A DNA stretch of 64,000 nt from the human T2T-CHM13v2.0 reference genome, Homo sapiens. Shown here piece by piece: positions 54,746 through 64,000 of this stretch. Under the pieces are notes generated by a model. It was not told where the DNA came from. It did not search any database and was given only the letters and a program-made list of their open reading frames with translations. Made by a program: the position numbers and the translations under genes. Every line of letters begins with the position of its first letter. Positions within the stretch are counted from its first letter, which is position 1. The stretch lies in the NCBI RefSeq assembly GCF_009914755.1, contig NC_060931.1; one strand, 5' to 3'.

Positions 54746-56885
54746 GAGAGGTAAAGATGAGCAAATTGCTTATGCATTTTTGAAAAAAGAACCAATAAAG
54801 GTAACTTGTTCTACTAGATGTCAAAATATGCCATAGAATTTTATCAGTCTACTGTCATATATAAGCAGAAATATAAGAAAAAAGAATAGAGTAGAATCAA
54901 GAGACTACAAATTATATATGTGTTGGTATATAGAACTTGGTATATAATAGTATTGAAAAAATTACCATTTATTAAAAAAATTGGAATAATAGCATATTTC
55001 AGTGGGAAATAGAGAAAGTAAAGCTTATCTTACATGCAAAAATATGTTAATCTTTGTAGTAAAATGAATAATGCTGATTCAAAAATAAAAATATTTATTT
55101 AAGAATAAATTTTCAGAATCAAATGTTTAGCAGCTTACTGTTGCTTGCCATCACTGTGTAAATATTTCCATGTGTACCTATGTTTCATTTTCACTCCTGA
55201 TTTTTCAATCTGAGCGTTCACATCTAGTCCATGCAGAGGACTTTGTCCAGAATACACAGAAGAATATACTTCATTATACCATGTCCTTTGATAAAGAGTT
55301 TCTTATTGAACTGGGCATTAATTTGTGGACTACTTTATTTCTACTTTTCTTATATCTTGATTCACTTAAATCTAGTTACTTCTTTCCTACTTCATGACAC
55401 TGAATTATATGAATTATTTGAATTTTTTTACATAAAATTTTCAATATTCAAGGGAGTTATTAGAATACAAAGCACTGGGAAATAAAGCTGTTTCATAAAG
55501 TATTTTTAATACATTGTGGAATTAATCCTAGAAAGAACCAGTCACTCAGTTGATAATCTCATGAACTTCTATTTTCTGCTCTTATCATCGATTCTTTATG
55601 AGTGCAATTTATTTTCAAAATAACTATTAAACTCTAATTAAACTATAATTTACCCAACTATAAAGCTCAATAGAATAGCTATCTTTTCCTTTGAAAACAC
55701 TGGATTTTATAATAATATTCAGTGGAATATACTTCCTACATAAGATCTAGAAAATCTTACTGAGTGTCCTTGAAACAAAGGTATTCTATATTGTGAGAAA
55801 TACAATATTTCTCACTAGTTTCATGAGGTCACTAAACACTTATTAGTTCCACTGATCACTGTCACTCGGTCAAGCTAATATGAGCCCATGCTTTCCCCCT
55901 ACAACTCATACACATCCATACTCATTCACTCTCATACACAACTCTGCACTTACACACAGAATCATACACATACAAGCCCTCACAGATGTACACAAAGATT
56001 CTCATTGCATTTTGAATTTAGTTGAAAGCGAAACAAAGACATGAAAAATTCTAAGGTAAGGATAGTCTTTATAACTAAAATCCTAACTCTCTAACAGAAG
56101 AAATCTAGTTTTGTAAAGGATACATAAGCAATGAGGTTACAATATTTTAAAAAATACACTAGCTTCGTCTCTGAACATCCCATTATCTATTCGTCTTTTA
56201 AACTTCTCGAATTGAAAATAAAGGAAAACAAAGCCACCAAGGGTAAAACCTTACTTGTCATCCATAGACTATATAAATTAGACACAAAAAAATCATTTCA
56301 GAAATATCAGAGCTCTCAGAAGTGTTTCATTACAAAAAATATTTATTTGGAAATCAGCAGTGAATTAAATAAATCGTCCTCTCCTGTCACATTGATGAAG
56401 GAATTGCATGCTCTGTTTTCATGACAAACACATCATTAGTGTACATACATTTAATCTGATTATTTCATTCAGCACAAGAGACATTACCGTTAGAATTATA
56501 TAAAAACTCAAATCACACTTGATGTTTCCCAAATATCATGCTTTGTGTGGCCTAATCAAGATTTCATCAAATGTTTTACTAAGCTCTGTCACAGGAATCC
56601 AGCTGAAGCAAGATGATCCCTTATTATTAAGCAAAAATAAATTGCATTCATTTTTCCTCTGAATTTAAATGAAACGGTGTATACAATACTTGGGAAATAC
56701 ACAGAGGTCACATGCAATACCACCAACATGCTGCAATACATTGATGTAGCAGGGTAGCTAGAAGAACTGAGGATGTATAAAAATGGGAGGTTAGCAAAAG
56801 AAACAGAAGTATTGTGTAAACATCTGCATATCACTAACATGAGAATTTTTGTATTTTTGAATTTTGAGAATTTTTGGATACATAA

Positions 56886-57338
56886 TTTCATGCACGTCCG
56901 TGTGAAGAGACCAACAAACAGGCTTTGTGTGAGTAACATGGCTGTTTATTTCACCTGGGTGCAGGCGGGCTGAGTCTGAAAAGAGAGTCAGCGAAGGGAG
57001 ATAAGGGTGGGGCCGTTTTATATGATTTGGGTAGGTAAAGGAAAATTACAGTCAAAGAGGGTTTGTTCTCTGGCGGGCAGGAGTGGGGGTCACAAGGTGC
57101 CCAGTGGAGGTGCTTTTTGAGCCAGGATGAGCCAGGAAAAGGACTTTCACAAGGTAATGTCATCACTTAAGGCAAGGACCGGCCATTTACACTTCTTTTG
57201 TGGTGGAATGTCATCAGTTAAGGTGGGGCAGGGCATATTCACTTCTTTTGTGATTCTTCAGTTACTTCAGGCCATCTGGGTGTATACGTGCAAGTTACAG
57301 GGGATGCGATGGCTTAGCTTGGGCTCAGAGGCCTGACA
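56886..57338 (-). mobile_element. LTR7 (3' LTR); polyA signal AATAAA at 56945-56950
   Basis: Minus strand TGTCAGGCCTCTGAGCCCAAGC...CATGAAA, preceded by the purine-rich tract ATAAGAAGTTAGGAA. Confidence 0.97.
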
Positions 57339-57999
57339 TTCCTAACTTCTTATATTAATAAGAAAAATAAAACAAAATAGTGTTGAAGTGTTGGGGCAAC
57401 GAAAATTTTTGGGGGGTGGTATGGAGAGAGAACAGGCAATGTTTCTCAGGACTGCTTCAAGCAGGATTAGGGGCAGCATGGGAACCTAGAGTGGGAGAGA
57501 TTAAGCCAAAGGCAGGTCTTTTGGTAAGGGGTGATATTGTGGGGATGTTAGAAGAAACATTTGTCGTATAGAATGATTGGTGATGGCCTGGATATGGTTT
57601 TGGATGAATTGAGAAACTAAATGGAATAACAGAAGGAGAAAAACAGGTATAAAAGGGCTAAGAAGTGGGACGACTCAGGATATCTGATTAGAGAGTGCCT
57701 AAGGAGATTCAGCATAGTCCTGCCAGCAAAGATTATTTATTTACTTCAAGAGTTAAGAGTGGCAGTTTGGGGATAGCACCAGGAGATACCAATTGTGATG
57801 GCTTGGAAAAACAGTGTAAATCGGCAGTGTAAACAAGAGCAGGGCATGTGTGAGTAGTTGAGAACGGTGAATAGGAGTATGACTAGACAGAAGACGGTAG
57901 GGATGACAAGTCTTTTTGGGGCACAGTCTAAGTTGGTCTGGTGTCTGGAATGAGACTGGGGCCTAATAAAATGGAGCGTCTATACAGGAGCTTAAATGG

Positions 58000-59860
58000 G
58001 CTGTACCTTGCAGCATTCTGAGGACAGGTCTGACTTCTGAGAACGGAAAGTGGTAAAAGTATTGTCCAGTCCTTTTTAAGTTGGTGGCAGAGCTTGGTGA
58101 GGTGTGTTTTTAAAAGACCTTTAGTCCATTCTACTTTTCTTGAAGATGGAGGACCGTAAGGGATATAAAGGTTTCGTGAATACTAACAGCCTGAAAAACT
58201 GCTTGGCTGATTTGACTAATAAAGGCTGGTCTGTTATCAGACTGTATTGAGGTGGGAAGGCTAAACTGAGGAATTATGTCTGACAGAAGGGAAGAAATGA
58301 CTGCGGTGGCCTTCTCAGACCCTGTAGGAAAGGCCTGTACCTATCCAGTGAAAGTATCTACCTAGACTAAGAGGTATTTTAGTTATCTGACTCAGGGCAT
58401 GTTGAGTAAAGCTAATTTGCCAGTCCTGGGTGGGGCAAATCCTCAAGCTTGATGTGTAGGGAAGGGAGGGGGCCTGAATAATCCCTGAGGGGTAGTAGAA
58501 TAGCAGATGAAACACTGAGAAGTTATTTCCTTGAGGATAGATTTCAACGATGGAAAGGAAATGAGAGGTTCTAAGAGGCGGGCTAGTGGCTTGTGCTATA
58601 GCATAACCTGCCTTTGCTGGTGCATGGCGATTAGGCCTGGTGGAACTGCCATCAGTAAATCAAGCGTGATCAGGGTGAGGAACAGGGAAGAAGGAAATTT
58701 GGGGAAATGGGGTGAATGTCCGGTGGATCAGAGAGATACAGTCATGGGTGTCAGGTGTGGTATCAGGAATAATGTGGGAGGCCGGATTGAAGTCCGAGCC
58801 AGGAACAACGGTAATTGTGGGAGACTCAACAAAGAGTGAGTATAGCTGAAGGAGCCGAGAAGCAGAAAGTATATGCATCAGGTATGAGGAAGAAAATAGA
58901 TTTTGGAAGTTATGAGAACTGTAGAGAGTGAGTTGAACATAGTTTGTGATTTTGAGGGCCTCTAAAAGTATTAAAGCAGCGGCAGCCGCTGCACGCAGAC
59001 ATGAGGGCTAGGCTAAAACAGTAAGGTCAAGTTGTTTGCACAGAAAGGCTACAGGGTGCGGTCCTGGCTCTTCTGTAAGAATTCTGACCACGCTAACCAT
59101 GCCCAGGAAGGAAAGGAGTTGTTGTTTTGTAGAAGGTGCTGGGGTTTGAGAGATCAGTGGGACACGATTGGCAGGGAGAGCACGTGTGTTTTTATGAGAA
59201 TTATGCCGAGATAGGTAACAGATGAGGAAGAAATTTGGGCTTGATTGAAGTAATGGGGGCTGTCTGTGAAGCTTTGCGGCAGTACAGCCTAGGAAATTTG
59301 CTGAGCTTGATGGGTGTCAGGGTCAGTCCAAGTGAAAGCGAAGAGAGGCTGGGATTAAGGGTGCAAAGGAATAGTAAATAAAGCATGTTTGAGATCTAGA
59401 ACAGAATAATGGGTTGTGGAGGGAGGTATTGAGGATAGGAGAGTATATGGGTCTGGCACCATGGGGTGGATAGGCAAAACAATTTGGTTGATAAGGCGCA
59501 GATCCTGAACTAACTTGTAAGGCTTGTCTGGTTTTAGGACAGGTAAAATGGGGGAATTGTAAGGAGAGTTTATAGGCTTTAAAAGGCCATGCTGTAGCAG
59601 GCAAGTGATAACAGGCTTTAATTTTTTTAAAGCATGCTGTGGGATGGGATATTGGTGTTGACCGGGTAAAGGTGATTAGGTTTTAATGAGATGGTAAGGG
59701 GTGCATGATCGGTCACCAAGGAGGGAGTAGAGGTATCTTATACTTGTGGGTTAAGGTGGGGGGATACAAGAGGAGGACGCAAAGGAGGCTTTGGATTGGG
59801 AAGAACGGCAGCAATGAGATATAGCTGTAGTCCAGGAATAGTCAGGGAAGCAGATAATTT
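58000..59860 (-). pseudogene. pol: HERV-H pol remnant (RT/RNase H/integrase; frameshifted, deleted)
   Basis: ORF fragments HDCISLIH..FTPFPQISFFPVPHPDH (RNase H approach) and PTQDWQISFTQH (integrase DWQIDFT motif, decayed). Boundaries approximate. Confidence 0.8.
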
Positions 59861-59868
59861 AAAGTATC

Positions 59869-60093
59869 TCAGCCTAATAAGGGAACTGGGCAGGTGGAGA
59901 TAACTAAAAAGTAGTGCTTAAAAGAGTATTGTCTAATTTGGCACCAGAGTTGGGGAGTTTTAAGAGGTTTAGAAGCCTGGCCATCAATACCCACAACAGT
60001 TATGGAGGCAAGGGAAACAGGCCCTTGAAAAGAAGGTAATGTGGAGTGGGTAGCCTCCGTATTGATTAAGAAGGGGACGGGCTTACCTTCCAC
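59869..60093 (-). pseudogene. pro: HERV-H protease remnant, catalytic DTG reads NTE
   Basis: VEGKPVPFLINTEATHSTLPSFQGPVSLASITVVGIDGQAS. Confidence 0.85.
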
Positions 60094-60199
60094 TGTGAGA
60101 GTTACCTGAACCTTGGCATCCGTGATGTTCTAGGGGACTTCCGAGGCGATCGGGCAGTGTCAGTCTTCAGCCGCTAAGCCGAGAAGATCTGGGAAGAAG

Positions 60200-61300
60200 T
60201 CAATCAGAGAGCCTTGGGCCGGAGTTCCAGGGGCTCTGGGAGTGGCTGCCAGTGAGTTGAACAGTCCGATTTTCAGTGGGGTCCCGCACAGATGGAACGC
60301 GGCTTAGGAGGAATCCCGGGCTGCAGGCATTCCTTGGCCTAGTGGCCAGATTTCCGGCATGTGTAGCAAGCTCCTGGGGGAGGAGGTTCTGGAGGAATGC
60401 CTGGCTGCTGCGGTTCAGGCGTTTGGAAGTTCTTCTGTGCTGGAGATGTGGCTGGGGTTTGTCTCACAGTGGAGGCAAGGAATTGCAACTTTTTTCTATT
60501 ACTGTACACCTTGAAGGTGAGGTTAATTAAGTCCTGTTGTGGGGTTTGAGGGCCAGATTCCAATTTTTGGAGTTTTATTTAATGTCGGGAGCAGATTGGC
60601 TAATAAAATGTATATTGAGAATAAGACGGCCTTTTGACCTTTTAGGGTCTAGGGCTGTAAAGCGTCTCAGGGTTACTGCCAAATGAGCCATGAACTGGGC
60701 TGGATTTTTATATTTGATGAAAAAGAGCCTAAATGCTATCTGATTTGGGATAAAGAAAAAGGAGCGTTAACCTTGACTGTGCCTTTAGCTCCAGCCACCT
60801 TTTTAAGAATAAGTTGCTGGGCAGGTGGGGAAGGGCTAGTCATGGAACGAAACTGTAAGCCAGACTGGGTGTGAGGAGGGGAGTTGATAAAAGGATTATA
60901 GGGTGGAGGAGTGGAGGCTGAGGAAGAATTGGGACCTAGCTTGGCCTGGCGAGGAGGGGAGAGGTCAGATGGGTCTGTAGAAAAGGAAGATTAGAAAGAC
61001 TCAGTGACACTTGGGGTTGGGACTGAGGGGACAGGCGGGAGGGAAAGAAGGAAGATTTGGGATGAATTGCACTGGGCACAGAGACTAGGAAGGGACTGAT
61101 GTGTAAAAGAATGCCTGGACGTCAGGCATCTCAGACCATTTGCCTATTTTACGACAAGAATTATTTAGATCTTGCAGGATGGAAAAACTCAAAGTGCCAT
61201 TTTCTGCTGTTTGGAACTACTGTTGAGTTTGTATTGGGGTCAAGCGGCACTGCAGAAGAAAATAAGGCATTTAGGTTTTAGGTCAGGTGTGAGTTGAAGA
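60200..61300 (-). pseudogene. gag: HERV-H gag remnant with nucleocapsid zinc knuckle
   Basis: ORF 60339-60563 ends PPPGACYTCRKSGH-stop, a truncated CCHC knuckle. Boundaries approximate. Confidence 0.8.
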
Positions 61301-61457
61301 GGTTTTAAATTTTTGAGAACACAGGCCAAGGGAGTAGAAGGAGGAATGGAGGGTGGAAGGTTGCCCATAGTGAAGGAAGCAAGCCTAGAGAAAAGAGAGA
61401 GTAGAGAAATGGAGGGAAGGGGTTCGGGGGTTCTTACCTTCCAAAAAAGTGGGAAAA

Positions 61458-61699
61458 GGGGTTGGGGCGCAGAGATAAGAGGTTGGGGTGTGGAAATAAG
61501 GGATGGGGTGCAGAAATAAGGGGTCAGGGCACAGAAATAAGGGGTTGGGGCACAGAAATAAGGGGTCAGGGCACGGAAATAAGGGATTGGGGTGCAGAGA
61601 TAAGAGGTCGGGGTGTGGAAATAAGGGATTGGGGTGCAGAGATATAAGAGGTTGGGGCACAGAAATAAGGGATTGGGGCGCAGAGATACAAGGTTGGGG
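61458..61699. repeat. ~21-bp minisatellite (about 11 units) in the HERV-H leader
   Basis: Unit approximately GGGRTTGGGGYRCAGARATAA. Confidence 0.9.
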
Positions 61700-62217
61700 T
61701 ACTTGCCCCTCCTCTAGAAAAGTGGGACATGCCGCTAAGAGTGAAGGAGAAGGGGTTGAGTGGTACTTGCCCCTTCCCCAGAAAAGCAGGACTTGCCGCT
61801 AAGGGTGAAGGACCAAGGCAGGCGTCCCTGCATGGTCTGACACCTTTGAAACGTGGGTGAATAATCAGAGAGGCGTCCCTGCAATGATTAAACACCAAGG
61901 GAAGACTGCCTTCCCAGTCCGTGACCGGCGCCGGAGTTTTGGGTCCACGGATAAAACGTGTCTCCTTTGTCTCTCCCAGAAAATGAAAGGAATTGAAATT
62001 AAGAGAAGGGAGAGATTGAAGAGTGGAAAGGAGAAAGTGGTTGAGGGACAGTGAGAGAAGTTGGAGAAGAGAGTAAGAAGAGGCCGCTTCCCTGATTTAA
62101 AATTGAAGAGATGTTCTTTGGGCTGGTCGGTCTGAGGACCTGAGGTCGTAGGTGGATCTTTCTCACGGAGCAAAGAACAGGAGGACAGGGTATTGATCTC
62201 CCAAGGGAGGTCCCCCG

Positions 62218-62235
62218 ATCCAAGTCACGGCACCA
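62218..62235 (-). other. Primer binding site, tRNA-His
   Basis: Minus strand TGGTGCCGTGACTTGGAT, one mismatch from the His PBS TGGTGCCGTGACTCGGAT. Confidence 0.92.
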
Positions 62236-62237
62236 AA

Positions 62238-62690
62238 TTTCATGCGTGTCCGTGTGAAGAGACCACCAAACAGACTTTGTGTGAGTAACATGGCTGTTTA
62301 TTTCACCTGGGTGCAGGCGGGCTGAGTCTGAAAAGAGAGTCAGCGAAGGGAAATAAGGGTGGGGCCATTTTATAGGATTTGGGTAGGTAAAGGAAAATTA
62401 CAGTCAAAGAGGGTTTGTTCTCTGGCGGGCAGGAATGGGGGTCACAAGGTGCTCAGTGGGGGTGCTTTTTGAGCCAGGATGAGCTAGGAAAAGGACTTTC
62501 ACAAGGTAATGTCATCACTTAAGGCAAGGACCGGCCATTTACACTTCTTTTGTGGTGGAATGTCATCAGTTAAGGTGGGGCAGGGCATATTCACTTCTTT
62601 GGTGATTCTTCAGTTACTTCAGGCCATCTGAGTGTATACGTGAAAGTCACAGGGGATGCGATGGCTTGGCTTGGGCTCAGAGGCCTGACA
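62238..62690 (-). promoter_or_regulatory. LTR7 (5' LTR promoter, LTR7up-like); TATA box at 62368-62374
   Basis: Minus strand CCTATAAAATGGCC. Contains CCACCACAAAAGAAGTGTAAATGGCCGGTCC (ACAAAAGA at 62546-62553). Confidence 0.9.
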
Positions 62691-63597
62691 CATACAGTTT
62701 TGATTTTATCACATTTCTGCTACAATTGCAAAATAAAGAAACTAGTGGGCCAGTCAATTATCAGTAAAAAATAGGTATTTGATTTTTAAAGGCAAATTGA
62801 ACTAATTTTTATGATGTGAAACGGCTTGAAAGTGGAAAAATATTATTTTAATATCAAAATATATTATAATTAGGTCAAACAGATAATATGTTAACAAAAT
62901 AATTCTGAACTCTAGAGGATGATCAGAATTGAAGGGAAGGTCTCTACAAAGTCCTGTAAGTCAGAATTATGGATAAACTTGCAACCCAATTAAGTTGGGA
63001 CAGTCTCATTTTATTCCTAGTGTCCTGATGTTATTATTAATAGCACTCCCTTTTACTCTCTAAGTATTCTTTTTTAGCTGATAATAAATTATATAGCCAC
63101 TATATTCTCAATCATAATTAGTAAAGATAAGCCAAAGGAGTGTACCTTCAACTGGCCATGAGAGCAATAGGTCTTCACTATCTTGCCTCAAGATTATGTC
63201 ACCTCCCCTCTCTTCCTCATATCCCAGAGCAAATACAAATGCTTGATATCCCAGAAAATTATGTAATTCCCTTAAATGGATAGAATTATGCTAACTACTT
63301 CTGATGAGTAAGAAGTTGTATGTCCCTAGATGCTTTTATAAGAAGTACAAATGCTATATGGAGAGACATAAGCACCAATAGCAAACTCATAACCTGCCAC
63401 GTTGGTGGTATCTTGGAATTCAGTTGTCTAGGAAATGTTGAGATATTCCTTGTGATATGAAATACAAGTTTCTGCACCTTCATTCTATCATCGTGAAAAA
63501 TAATTACACAATCTTAGTATGCCTCTTTGGATGTTGGAGGTAATATTTGTCACATTTGAGGATGAATTTCTTTTTTTTAAAGAGAAAAGCAAGCCAT

Positions 63598-64000
63598 TTA
63601 TTTTTTTTTCTTTATTTCTTCTTAAAAGAAAAGGATACATGTGCAGAACGTGCAGGTTTGTTACACAGATATACGTGTGCCATGGTGGTTTGCTACACCT
63701 ATTGACCTATTCTCTAAGTTCTCTCTCATCAACCCTCACCCACCAACAGGTCCTGGTGTGTGCTGTTCCCCTCCCTGTGTCCATGTGTTCTCAATGTTCA
63801 ACTCCCACTTATGAGTGAGAACATGCGGTCTTTGGTTTTCTGTTCCTTTGTTAGTTTGCTGGGGATGATGGCTTCCAGCTTCATCCATGTACTTGCAAAA
63901 GACATGATGTCATTGTTTTTATGGCTGCATAGTATTCCATGGTGTATATGGGCCAAATTTTGTTTATCCAGTCTATCATTGGTGGGCATTTCGGTTGGTT
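63598..64000 (-). mobile_element. L1PA8-like 3' end, runs off the window
   Basis: T-rich tail, then GGATACATGTGCAGAACGTGCAGG...CCTATTGACCTATTCTCTAAGTTC. ORF 63798-63989 resembles the ORF2 C-terminus. Confidence 0.9.

Larger units (their letters stand above)
56886..62690 (-). mobile_element. HERV-H provirus (5805 bp, common internally deleted form) with two LTR7 LTRs
   Basis: Two 453-bp LTRs, tRNA-His PBS, gag/pro/pol remnants and a PPT. Near-TSD CATAA (56881-56885) / CATAC (62691-62695). Confidence 0.98.

Noticed and set aside
57339-58000. Possible intact HERV-H env
   Set aside because: Too little space between integrase and the 3' LTR, and no long ORF; only a deleted remnant is possible.
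61313-61898. Repetitive ORFs (GAEIRG / PNPLF repeats) and a CRISPR-like periodic pattern
   Set aside because: These are translations of the HERV-H leader minisatellite. Units are contiguous with no unique spacers and there are no cas genes.
62218-62235. tRNA-His-like sequence
   Set aside because: It is the retroviral primer binding site, not a tRNA gene.

Overview
This is AT-rich, gene-poor human genomic DNA. A near-consensus AluYb8 makes human origin very likely. I find no credible protein-coding gene, RNA gene or CRISPR array; the listed ORFs are repeat-derived or chance ORFs. The window is a mosaic of old L1/L2/L3/MIR relics, DNA transposon fossils (MER6, Tigger3b, MER2, MER5), MaLR/ERVL/ERV1 LTRs and seven Alu insertions. 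The largest element is a 5.8-kb two-LTR HERV-H provirus on the minus strand (56886-62690). Its LTRs are LTR7up-like and its major splice donor appears mutated (GT>GG). The most unusual structures not explained by a known repeat are: (i) a ~128-bp-arm inverted repeat at 17911-18208, fused to the breakpoint of a truncated L1, whose four substitutions are all G-U wobbles in a minus-strand transcript; (ii) a gap-free 255-bp direct duplication 3020 bp apart (37667-37921 and 40687-40941); (iii) an Alu with a duplicated Pol III B box. Repeat family names come from recalled consensus sequences, not a database search, and boundaries of old elements are approximate.
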